From positions 7,766 to 71,765 of the forward strand of contig JBEIDK010000002.1 in NCBI GenBank assembly GCA_040383485.1: 64,000 nucleotides of DNA. Direction: 5' to 3'. The notes under the pieces are model-generated. The model did no database searches, was not told the origin of the DNA, and saw nothing but the letters and a program-made list of their open reading frames with translations. The position numbers were made by a program, and so were the translations under genes. This DNA comes from Flavobacteriales bacterium. GTDB lineage: Bacteria; Bacteroidota; Bacteroidia; UBA4408. Each line of letters begins with the position of its first letter. The stretch's first letter is position 1. Below, one piece after another: positions 34,358-42,607 of the stretch.

Positions 34358-35419
34358 ATGGAAACACCAAACGACGAAATTACCCTAAAAGAACTTATCC
34401 TTAAAGTTAAAGAGTGGTATACCTTTTTGCTTTCTCAATGGAAAACAATTGCATTAGCAGGAATCATAGGAGCCCTATTAGGTTTGGGCTATTCTTTTTA
34501 TAAAAAACCAGTGTATACTGCTACACTTACCTATGCACTAGAAGACGGAAAGTCAAGTAGTGGTTTAGGAGGAGCATTAGGACTAGCCAGTTCATTTGGA
34601 TTGGATTTAGGAGGATCTTCAGGTGGAGCCTTTTCGGGAGCCAATTTAATGGAATTGTTTAAATCTCGTGCTATGGTAGAGCAAACTTTATTAGCGCCAG
34701 TAACACAAAACAACAAAACCATTTCCTTAGCCGAAATGTACATTCAAGATAAAAAGTGGCGTGAGAAATGGGGAAAAAAGGCAAAGTTGAAGGTTATAAA
34801 ATTCTTACCAAATACAGATAGAGCCAAATTCACCCGAGTGCAAGACAGTATTTTTGGTGTGATTTATAACGATTTATCTAAAAACGCTTTAACAGTAGAC
34901 CAAAAAGATAAAAAAGTAGCCATTGGAACCATCACTCTAAAAGGCACTAACGAATACTTTGCACAGCAATTTACGTTAGCATTAACCAAAACGGTTACCG
35001 ATTTTTACATCGAAACCAAAAGCAAACGTGCCAAAGAAAACATGGACATTTTAGTACGTCAAACCGATTCCATTCGTGCCGAGTTAAACGGTGCCATAAC
35101 CGGAGTAGCCGTAGCCAACGACAATACATTCGGACTGAATCCTGCGCTAAATGTAAAACGAGTACCATCAGCCAGACGACAAGTAGACGTTCAAGCGAAC
35201 ACCGCCATTTTAACTGAAATCGTAAAACAAGCCGAATTAGCTAAAGTAACCCTACGTAAAGAAACCCCATTAATTCAAATCATCGACCAACCCATTTTAC
35301 CTTTACCAAAAGAAAAATTCGGAAAAGTAAAAGGAATCCTTTTAGGCGGCATCTTAGCTGGGTTTTTAACTGTTTTAGGATTGATTGTAAGAAGAATTTT
35401 TAAAGAGTTAAGTATTTAA
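34358..35419 (+). CDS. Wzz-like chain-length determinant (polysaccharide co-polymerase without kinase domain)
   Basis: 353 aa. N-terminal TM helix (WKTIALAGIIGALLGLGYSFY), a long coiled periplasmic region and a C-terminal TM helix (GILLGGILAGFLTVLGLIV). Confidence 0.7.
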   Translation: METPNDEITLKELILKVKEWYTFLLSQWKTIALAGIIGALLGLGYSFYKKPVYTATLTYALEDGKSSSGLGGALGLASSFGLDLGGSSGGAFSGANLMELFKSRAMVEQTLLAPVTQNNKTISLAEMYIQDKKWREKWGKKAKLKVIKFLPNTDRAKFTRVQDSIFGVIYNDLSKNALTVDQKDKKVAIGTITLKGTNEYFAQQFTLALTKTVTDFYIETKSKRAKENMDILVRQTDSIRAELNGAITGVAVANDNTFGLNPALNVKRVPSARRQVDVQANTAILTEIVKQAELAKVTLRKETPLIQIIDQPILPLPKEKFGKVKGILLGGILAGFLTVLGLIVRRIFKELSI

Positions 35420-35462
35420 TGTGCCAATTAGTCAATTTGCCAATTAGACAATGTACCAATTT
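35415..35462 (+). repeat. octamer array (6 units) overlapping the wzz stop codon
   Basis: Units: tttaatgt gccaatta gtcaattt gccaatta gacaatgt accaattt. The TAA stop is at 35417-19. Confidence 0.85.
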
Positions 35463-35659
35463 GACTCGAGGCACAGCCGAACACAACAAACCTGAAACTT
35501 GAAACTTTACCCAAGGACCCAACTGGTTAAGTATATAAAATTATACAAGATATATAAAGGACTTTTTACAGATATAAGCATAAAAACTATACGAAAAAAC
35601 AATATGTTTGTGTTTTAAAACATAAAATGACACAAAGAATTTCTTATTTAACACAATTA

Positions 35660-36200
35660 CAGCAATGGATTGACAGACCGCAGCACAGCGCCTTTATTAT
35701 ATTACCTTATATGACTTATATGTTAAAAATTAGTCAATGAGTCAATTAGACAATGTGCCAATTTGAAAATTCGTCATTCAATAGTATAAAAGGAATTGTT
35801 ACCTTCGAGAACCTCAGTCAACAGCGAGAGCCTCAGTCAAAAGACAATTAGACTTGTACTCACTTATATTTCTTAAATGAACTTAAACTAAGCGCAGCGC
35901 CTTTCTTACAATTAACTTATATGACTTATATGTTAAAAATTAGCCAATGAGTCAATTAGACAATATGACAATTAGCCGATTAGTCAATGTGCCGATTAGG
36001 AAATGTGACAATTTAAAGATTCAGTATTCATCAGTATTAATGCAATTGTTGACTTCGAGTGCCTCAGTCAACAAAGAGTGCCTCAGTCAAAAGACAATTA
36101 GACTTATACTCACTTATATGCCTTATATGGTTTAAAATTAGCCGATGAGTCAATTAGACAATATGACAATTTGCCAATTAGGAAATGTGCCAATTTGACT
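35660..36200 (+). repeat. ~2.5 tandem copies of a ~200-210-nt composite intergenic repeat
   Basis: The core CTTATATGACTTATATG lies at 35706 and 35916, with the variant CTTATATGCCTTATATG at 36113. Each is followed by an octamer array (35733-72, 35943-36022, 36141-96). The duplicated segments 35790-35900 and 36040-36150 both read ...cttcgag.gcctcagtcaaca..gag.gcctcagtcaaaagacaattagactt.tactcacttatat... Confidence 0.85.
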
Positions 36201-36221
36201 CGAGGCACAGCCGAACACAAC

Positions 36222-36300
36222 AAACCTGAAACTTGAAACTTGCAACTTTACCCAAGGCAAAGCCAAACAGTGCGAAGCAAAACCTGAAACCCGAAACCTT
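36222..36300 (+). repeat. two heptamer AAACYTG tracts flanking a GGCAAAGCC box, ending 17 nt before the ATG
   Basis: 36222-49: AAACCTG AAACTTG AAACTTG CAACTTT. 36280-300: AAACCTG AAACCCG AAACCTT. Confidence 0.8.
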
Positions 36301-36316
36301 AAACAAAAAAACTAAA

Positions 36317-36733
36317 ATGAAAAAAGCCATCATAGTCTCTGGATATTTCAACCCCATCCACAAAGGCCATGTTGAATATTTCAACAATGCCAAAGCGTTG
36401 GGCGATTACCTTATTGTAATTGTCAATAACGACAAACAACGCGCCTTGAAAGGCAGTAAAGAATTCCAACTAGAAGACGAACGTGTGTTTATCGTGTCCA
36501 ATATCAAAAGCGTAGACCAGGTATTTCTTTCCATTGATGAAGACCGTACCGTTTGTACAACTATACAACACATCCACGAACAATTGCACAAAGACTACCA
36601 GCTGGCTTTTGCCAATGGTGGCGACCAAAACAATAACTCCATACCCGAAGCTCCGATTTGTGAAAAATTAGGTATTGCATTATTAGATGGTTTGGGGGAT
36701 AAAATTCAATCGTCGAGTTGGTTGTTGAAATAA
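36317..36733 (+). CDS. cytidylyl/adenylyltransferase-family protein (HxGH nucleotidyltransferase; TagD/RfaE-domain-II-like)
   Basis: Track ORF 36233..36733 starts inside the heptamer repeats. The ATG at 36317 gives MKKAIIVSGYFNPIHKGHVEYF (HxGH motif) and a 138-aa product typical of this family. Confidence 0.7.
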   Translation: MKKAIIVSGYFNPIHKGHVEYFNNAKALGDYLIVIVNNDKQRALKGSKEFQLEDERVFIVSNIKSVDQVFLSIDEDRTVCTTIQHIHEQLHKDYQLAFANGGDQNNNSIPEAPICEKLGIALLDGLGDKIQSSSWLLK

Positions 36734-36815
36734 TATAAATATAATTGGAAATATCAGTTGGATCTCAATTGGTTTTTGATTTTAATATAAAGTGTAAATT
36801 TATTAATAAAATAGT

Positions 36816-37415
36816 ATGTTAAGATATTATAAAATATATGGATTATATGGATTGATTAGACTGTTTAGGGATAAATTCTTCACGTATTTTTACTATCCAA
36901 ATGCTAGAATAATCAGACTGCCTTTTTACATAAGAGGAAAAAAAGGTATAAGAGGGGCCAAATATCTTACAACTGGAATAAATTTAAGAATTGATATTAT
37001 TTCAAGAAAAAATTTCACTCCAACATTACAAATTGGAGACAATGTACAATTTAATGATTATGTTCATATAGCAGTAGCTAAAGGAGTTTTTATAGGAGAT
37101 AATACATTAATTGCTTCAAAAGTTTTTATTTCTGACCACAATCACGGAAATTATGCTAACGAAAATCAATCAAACCCGAATACTCCTCCAATTGAGAGAG
37201 AGTTGTTTTCTAAAGAAGTACATATTGGAAATAATGTTTGGATAGGTGAATTTGTATCTGTTTTACCTGGTGTTACAATTGGCGAAGGTTCAATAATTGG
37301 TTCAACCAGTGTAGTATCTAAAGATATTCCAGCGTTTTGTATTGCAGTTGGATCTCCAGCTAAAGTGATTAAAACGTATGACAAGGATACGAATAAATGG
37401 GTTAATGAAATTTAA
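36816..37415 (+). CDS. left-handed beta-helix (hexapeptide) O-acetyltransferase, WcaF/maltose-acetyltransferase-like
   Basis: 199 aa with hexapeptide repeats ([14 protein letters not shown]...[19 protein letters not shown]...[31 protein letters not shown]). Confidence 0.75.
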   Translation: MLRYYKIYGLYGLIRLFRDKFFTYFYYPNARIIRLPFYIRGKKGIRGAKYLTTGINLRIDIISRKNFTPTLQIGDNVQFNDYVHIAVAKGVFIGDNTLIASKVFISDHNHGNYANENQSNPNTPPIERELFSKEVHIGNNVWIGEFVSVLPGVTIGEGSIIGSTSVVSKDIPAFCIAVGSPAKVIKTYDKDTNKWVNEI

Positions 37416-37421
37416 TAAATT

Positions 37422-38117
37422 ATGTTTATAATTGCCTCAATTTCATACGCAATATCCATTTTTATTGATGTGTTTGCGTATCATTTAAAATTGAATATAC
37501 ACGATAACAATAATGTTAGATATTTATTTTCATTAATCAACATATTTCAATTTTCAGCACGGGCTTTTGTGTTAATTTTTATTCCGATAATGGCATATTA
37601 TACAGAGACTGTCAAGGATAAAAATATCGTTTGGGAAATAACTTTATTATCACATTTATTTGTGGTTGTATTTTTATTACCTTTATATTCAAATAAATTT
37701 TCACAGGGATTTTCCATAAATATAATTAAAATTTTAAATATTATTTTCGGAAAATCAAAAAAAATTAGCTTTGAAAAACTTGAGCAAATAAAACCTAGAG
37801 AAACAAATACAATTAATAAATCAAAATTTAATAAGTTTTATTTTGTTTCATTTACTTTTATTTCTGGATTTATGTTTTCTTACAGTATAACTTTTTTATA
37901 TTATTTGAGTTTTTCTTATCCACAAAAGGCTTTAACATTAACTTCTTATAGTCAAATTTTGAATATGATTGGGGTTTTATTACTTGTATTACTAATTGAT
38001 CCAAGAATTATGAGTTCAATAGATAAAGGCGAAGGCTCGGAAGAAATTAAATTATTAACTACAAGTAGAATATTAGTACACATAACTTTAGTAATAACCT
38101 TGTTATTAATAAAATGA
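37422..38117 (+). CDS. small polytopic membrane protein, possibly Amj (DUF2837)-family lipid-linked-glycan flippase
   Basis: 231 aa with ~6 TM segments. By recollection the Amj-like pattern is an N-terminal helix followed by FAYHLKL...SLINIFQFSAR, and near the C-terminus LLIDPRIMSSIDKGEGS...TSRILVH. The stop overlaps the next start (ATGA). Confidence 0.4.
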   Translation: MFIIASISYAISIFIDVFAYHLKLNIHDNNNVRYLFSLINIFQFSARAFVLIFIPIMAYYTETVKDKNIVWEITLLSHLFVVVFLLPLYSNKFSQGFSINIIKILNIIFGKSKKISFEKLEQIKPRETNTINKSKFNKFYFVSFTFISGFMFSYSITFLYYLSFSYPQKALTLTSYSQILNMIGVLLLVLLIDPRIMSSIDKGEGSEEIKLLTTSRILVHITLVITLLLIK

Positions 38118-39124
38118 TAGTAACTATAATATTAATATCAATCTTGTTTTTTAATTATTATTTACTGTGCCAAAATCACATTAAAATTCATAATAAATTA
38201 ATATATGTGATTTTTTTTATTTTCTTATCAGTTTTTTTAAGAACCATTATACCTACAGAGATAAACAAGGATTACGTAGGTTACTTTGAGCTATATAATT
38301 TTGAAAATCCAGAAAATTTAGTCTCTTTTTTAATATCGGAACCTTATTTATACCTAATGTATAATTTTTTTGAATTATTTACATCAAATAAACGGATTAA
38401 CATTGAATGTATTTATTGGTTTAATTTACTAATTAGTCTTTATTTTTATATTTGGTTAGCCTTTAGAAAAGATATTGAACTTTGGAAAAAAGTTGTAATT
38501 TTTGTATTTTATTATTTTCTAACAAGTTATGTTGTATTAAGAAATGCTCCAGTTTATTTTATTTACTCGTATTTTTTTTATTACGGTTTCAGGTCTTTAA
38601 AATATAATAAAATAATTTTCACCCCATTAATGCATATAAGCTCAGTGCCACTATTGTTATTAATATTCTATAAAAGTAAAAGATATTACAAATATTTATT
38701 TTCAGCTTTAGTAATTGTTATACCGATTTTAATAACTATAGTTTTACCTATTATTGAAAGCGTTGAAGAGATAAAATCCTCTTTAGATAAAGCAGACGCT
38801 TATGCAGAAGGGATGACTGAAGTTGGAGTTTTTCATAAAATATATTTTTGCTTCATTTCTGTGATATTTATAGTTGGTTGGATTAATTATAAAGAGAAAG
38901 TATTACATCCATTAATTATAACAACATTTCTTATATACTATATCTCATTTTTTATTAATCCTGTAATTGGATTTAGGTTTTCTCCATATGTTATTTTTGC
39001 AATATTATTGAATAATTTTAAAGGCAATTACAATTTTCCAGCAATAACAAAGGTTTTAAATTTAATCATTATCCTATTATTGCCTTATTTCATTTTTACT
39101 TTTATCGACACTCATCATCTATGA
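38114..39124 (+). CDS. EpsG-family / Wzy-type polysaccharide polymerase
   Basis: 336 aa with ~10 TM segments. Aromatic-rich and extremely AT-rich, with size and topology typical of EpsG-type polymerases. No soluble domain. Confidence 0.6.
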   Translation: MIVTIILISILFFNYYLLCQNHIKIHNKLIYVIFFIFLSVFLRTIIPTEINKDYVGYFELYNFENPENLVSFLISEPYLYLMYNFFELFTSNKRINIECIYWFNLLISLYFYIWLAFRKDIELWKKVVIFVFYYFLTSYVVLRNAPVYFIYSYFFYYGFRSLKYNKIIFTPLMHISSVPLLLLIFYKSKRYYKYLFSALVIVIPILITIVLPIIESVEEIKSSLDKADAYAEGMTEVGVFHKIYFCFISVIFIVGWINYKEKVLHPLIITTFLIYYISFFINPVIGFRFSPYVIFAILLNNFKGNYNFPAITKVLNLIIILLLPYFIFTFIDTHHL

Positions 39125-40047
39125 ATTTTTTAGTAATTCTCGCTTCATTTAATGGGATAAAGTATATTGAGGAACAAATCTCTTCAATTCTAACTCAAGA
39201 AGATGTAAATATAACTTTATTGGTGTTTGATGACGGCAGTAATGACGGCACAATTGATTTGTTGTTTTCAAAGTTTTCTTTAAGCACCACTAATGTTAAG
39301 ATTATACAAAATAGTATTCCAACAGGAAGTGCGGCAAATAATTTTTTACAGGCAATAAAAACGATTGATGATGAAATAATTGGCGCACATGATTATATTG
39401 CCCTTTCAGATCAAGATGACATTTGGTTACCTAATAAACTAAGAGAGGCGGGTAAAACATTGAAAAACGAAAAGTCTGATTTGTATATGTCAAATTTGAT
39501 ACTTTGGAACGAAAGTTCAAATACCACATCAATTATAAAAAAATCTTTTAAACAAAAAAAATACGATTATTTGTTTGAAGGAGGAAGTGCGGGTTGTACA
39601 TATGTAATGTCAAAACAGTTAATTTATGTTATTAAAAACACAGTTAATAAAGTAGAATATAAAAATTGGAACTTTTTTTCTCACGATTGGTTTATTTATT
39701 TTGTTGCTAGAATAAATGGCTTAAATGTTTTTATTGATGATAGGGCTTTTATGCAATATAGGATTCATCAGACAAATGTACATGGTCAATTAAATACATT
39801 TTCTTTTTATGCAATAAAAGAAAGATTAAAATTAATAATGAATGGCTGGTTTTATTATCAAGCAAAAGGTTTTGAGACTTTATTGCCAAATCATTCAACG
39901 GAAGCAAAAATATATAGATTATATACAAAAAACTATTTTACTAGAATGTATGTAATATTTAGATTTAATTTTAGTTTAATGAGGAGCAATAAAAAAGTGT
40001 TACAATTTTTTGTGCTTAGTATGTTGCCAATTAGAAATAAAAAATAG
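39121..40047 (+). CDS. family-2 glycosyltransferase (rhamnosyltransferase-like)
   Basis: 308 aa. Contains ILASFNGIKYIEEQISSILTQ...LLVFDDGSNDGT...ALSDQDDIW (the DxD / QDD motif of GT2). Confidence 0.8.
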   Translation: MNFLVILASFNGIKYIEEQISSILTQEDVNITLLVFDDGSNDGTIDLLFSKFSLSTTNVKIIQNSIPTGSAANNFLQAIKTIDDEIIGAHDYIALSDQDDIWLPNKLREAGKTLKNEKSDLYMSNLILWNESSNTTSIIKKSFKQKKYDYLFEGGSAGCTYVMSKQLIYVIKNTVNKVEYKNWNFFSHDWFIYFVARINGLNVFIDDRAFMQYRIHQTNVHGQLNTFSFYAIKERLKLIMNGWFYYQAKGFETLLPNHSTEAKIYRLYTKNYFTRMYVIFRFNFSLMRSNKKVLQFFVLSMLPIRNKK

Positions 40048-40049
40048 AA

Positions 40050-40655
40050 ATGTATAAAAAATATATAAAAAGTATATTTGATTTTAGTATCGCTTTTGTA
40101 GTTTTCTTTTTTTTGTTACCTGTATTCGTGATTGTGCTTGTTGGTTTGTATGTAGCTAATCAAGGCAAACCTTTCTTTTTTCAAATACGTCCAGGTAAAA
40201 ATGAAAAAACATTCAAAATTATTAAGTTCAAAACGATGAATGATAATAAGAATAGTGATGGAATTTTACTTTCTGACGCGCAACGTTTAACAAAAATTGG
40301 TAACTTTGTAAGGAAAACATCAATAGACGAATTACCTCAATTAATAAATGTATTGAAAGGAGAAATGAGCTTAATAGGCCCAAGACCTTTATTGCCGGAA
40401 TATTTGACTTTATATAATGAAACTCAAAAGAGAAGGCATGAGGTTAAACCTGGAATTACAGGTTGGGCGCAAGTAAACGGTCGTAATGCAATTAGTTGGG
40501 AACAAAAATTTGAATTTGATGTTTGGTATGTAAATCATGTTTCTTTTTTACTCGATTGTAAAATTGTATATTTAACAATAAATAAAGTTTTTAAACGGGA
40601 AGGTATAACTTCAGAAAATTCAGTTTCAGCAGAAGCTTTTAAAGGAAGAAATTAA
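40050..40655 (+). CDS. PglC-type (small monotopic) phosphoglycosyl transferase / bacterial sugar transferase
   Basis: 201 aa. N-terminal KSIFDF plus a re-entrant helix, then PFFFQIRPGKNEKTFKIIKFKTM, the catalytic IDELPQL and GPRPLLPEY. Confidence 0.85.
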   Translation: MYKKYIKSIFDFSIAFVVFFFLLPVFVIVLVGLYVANQGKPFFFQIRPGKNEKTFKIIKFKTMNDNKNSDGILLSDAQRLTKIGNFVRKTSIDELPQLINVLKGEMSLIGPRPLLPEYLTLYNETQKRRHEVKPGITGWAQVNGRNAISWEQKFEFDVWYVNHVSFLLDCKIVYLTINKVFKREGITSENSVSAEAFKGRN

Positions 40656-40661
40656 TAATAT

Positions 40662-41306
40662 ATGCAAGATATAATTATTATTGGGGCTAGTGGTCTGGGT
40701 AAAGAGGTTGCTTATCATATTAAATCTATAAATAAGATAAACCCAAGCTTTAATGTAGTGGGTTTTATAGATGATAATTCTTCTATACTCAATAACGAAA
40801 TAATTTATGGGATAAAAGTTATTGGAAATCTTAATGATCTTATGAATAATAAATTTGATGTAAAAAATATTTGCATAGCTATAGCTGACAATAATATTCG
40901 CTTTTCAATTGTTGAAAAATTAAAGCATATTAACTTTATTTTTCCGAATATTATTGATCCTTCGGTTAATTTTGATTCTTCTAACAGCATAGGTTATGGT
41001 AATATTATTGGTCATGGTGTTTTGATGACTTGTAATATCTCTTTAGGTAATTTCAATATTTTAAACGGGTCATCAGGTTTTGGTCATGATATAACAATAA
41101 GTGATTTTAATTTATTTGGCCCTAGAACATCTATTTCAGGATGTGTGAAAATCGGAAGTTTGAATACTTTTAATTTAAACTCGTCAATTATTCAGAATTT
41201 AACAATAGGTAATGGGAATACTATAAATTTACATTCTTGTTTGTTCAAAAGTATAAAAGATGACGGAGTCTATTTTGGTGTTCCAGCGATGAAACAAAAA
41301 TTTTAA
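40662..41306 (+). CDS. PglD/NeuD-family sugar N-acyltransferase (Rossmann-like N-domain + hexapeptide beta-helix)
   Basis: 214 aa. Contains IIIIGASGLGKEVA...VVGFIDDN..., then hexapeptide turns ending in GVPA. Confidence 0.75.
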   Translation: MQDIIIIGASGLGKEVAYHIKSINKINPSFNVVGFIDDNSSILNNEIIYGIKVIGNLNDLMNNKFDVKNICIAIADNNIRFSIVEKLKHINFIFPNIIDPSVNFDSSNSIGYGNIIGHGVLMTCNISLGNFNILNGSSGFGHDITISDFNLFGPRTSISGCVKIGSLNTFNLNSSIIQNLTIGNGNTINLHSCLFKSIKDDGVYFGVPAMKQKF

Positions 41307-41326
41307 TAATAAATAAATAAATAATT

Positions 41327-41554
41327 ATGACAGCAGAGAATTTTATTAAAGATTTACAAGAAGAAGTGTTTATGGAAACAGAGATTTCTTTAATTACACT
41401 TGAAACAAATTTTAAAGATCTAGATGAGTGGGATTCATTAACAGCATTATCATTAATTGCTCATTTTGACATGAATTTAGGTAAAAAAATATCAGGTGAT
41501 CAAATAAAAAATGCTGTGTTTATTCAGGATTTATATAATTTAGCTATTGCATAA
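41327..41554 (+). CDS. acyl carrier protein (ACP-1)
   Basis: 75 aa, acidic, four-helix size. The phosphopantetheine site is the DSL motif (LDEWDSLTALSLI). Confidence 0.75.
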   Translation: MTAENFIKDLQEEVFMETEISLITLETNFKDLDEWDSLTALSLIAHFDMNLGKKISGDQIKNAVFIQDLYNLAIA

Positions 41555-42606
41555 TGTTTACAGTAAAAGGGGTAAAATTAAGTTCTATTGTTGGTGTTGC
41601 TCCGGCTTATACCGAAGATAATTTGACTAATCCAATCTTCAATGATTCTGAGGATGCTGAGAAATATGTAAAGACTGTTGGAGTTCGTTATAGAAGAGTA
41701 ACCGACGAAAATACTTGTACTGCAGATTTATTTGTACCCGCTTTCAACAAACAAATAGAGTTGTTGAACTGGGACAAAAGCGAGGTTGGGATTCTTATAG
41801 TTATAACCCAAACTCCAGAATATGTTTCGCCTTTACAAAGTATTATTTTACAGGATCGTTTAGGATTAGAAAAAACATGTTTATGTATTGATGTGCCTTT
41901 GGGATGTAGTGGCTATATTTACGGGAGTTTTTTGATATCTACTTTGATGCAGGCGCATAATATAAAAAAAGGAATTTTATTAACAGGTGATACCTTAACT
42001 AAACAAGCTTCAAAAAGAGACAGAAGTACACAGCCGTTATTTTCTGATGCAGCAACATCGACAGCTTTTGAATTGGATAAAACTGCATCAGATATGTTAT
42101 TTGACTTAGGTAATGATGGTTCCGGTTTTGAAAATATTATGGTAAAAGATGGAGGATATCGCAATCGTTTTTCTGAAGAATCATTGAAATACGTTGATAA
42201 AGGAGAAGGAGTATGTTTGCGGGGAATAGATACAATTATGATAGGTATGGATGTGTTTTCATTTGCAATATCAACAGCCCCGAAAACAGTTAATCATTTA
42301 ATTAGTCAATATAATTTAGATTTTGACAGTTTAGATTATTTTGTATTTCATCAGGCAAACATGTTTTTGAATGAGATGATTCGAAAGCGATTGAAACTAC
42401 CAGTAGATAAAGTTCCATATTCCTTATACGATTATGGAAATTCAGCTTCTGCTACTATTCCAATTACAATACTAGATAAAATTCAAAATGAAATTAAAGA
42501 AAAGCCATTAAAAATGATTTTTTCAGGTTTTGGAGTCGGTTTGTCCTGGGGAGCCATGTATATAGAAACCAACAATGTAGTTGTTACGCCAATAATTCTC
42601 GTATAA
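41554..42606 (+). CDS. KASIII (FabH-like) 3-oxoacyl-ACP synthase / acyltransferase, copy 1
   Basis: 350 aa with a Cys-His-Asn triad: PLGCSGYIYG, FVFHQANMF, YGNSASATIP. The start overlaps the ACP stop (TAATG). Confidence 0.85.
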   Translation: MFTVKGVKLSSIVGVAPAYTEDNLTNPIFNDSEDAEKYVKTVGVRYRRVTDENTCTADLFVPAFNKQIELLNWDKSEVGILIVITQTPEYVSPLQSIILQDRLGLEKTCLCIDVPLGCSGYIYGSFLISTLMQAHNIKKGILLTGDTLTKQASKRDRSTQPLFSDAATSTAFELDKTASDMLFDLGNDGSGFENIMVKDGGYRNRFSEESLKYVDKGEGVCLRGIDTIMIGMDVFSFAISTAPKTVNHLISQYNLDFDSLDYFVFHQANMFLNEMIRKRLKLPVDKVPYSLYDYGNSASATIPITILDKIQNEIKEKPLKMIFSGFGVGLSWGAMYIETNNVVVTPIILV

Positions 42607-42607
42607 T

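Noticed and set aside
32700-36300. A possible CRISPR array, given the dense short direct repeats (also at 53.7-54.3 kb and 57.5 kb).
   Set aside because: Repeat periods are 7-14 nt with no unique spacers of 25-40 nt between them. The 175-210-nt composites are repeated as whole units. No cas genes are present in the window.
35947-36393. ORFs 35947..36135 (+) and 36178..36393 (-), and likewise 54188..54370 (-), lying in the repeat spacers.
   Set aside because: Their translations are just the octamer or heptamer repeats read in frame (e.g. FKFQVSSFRFQVSSFKFQVSS). The heptamer antisense strand has no stops by construction. No promoter or protein motif supports them.
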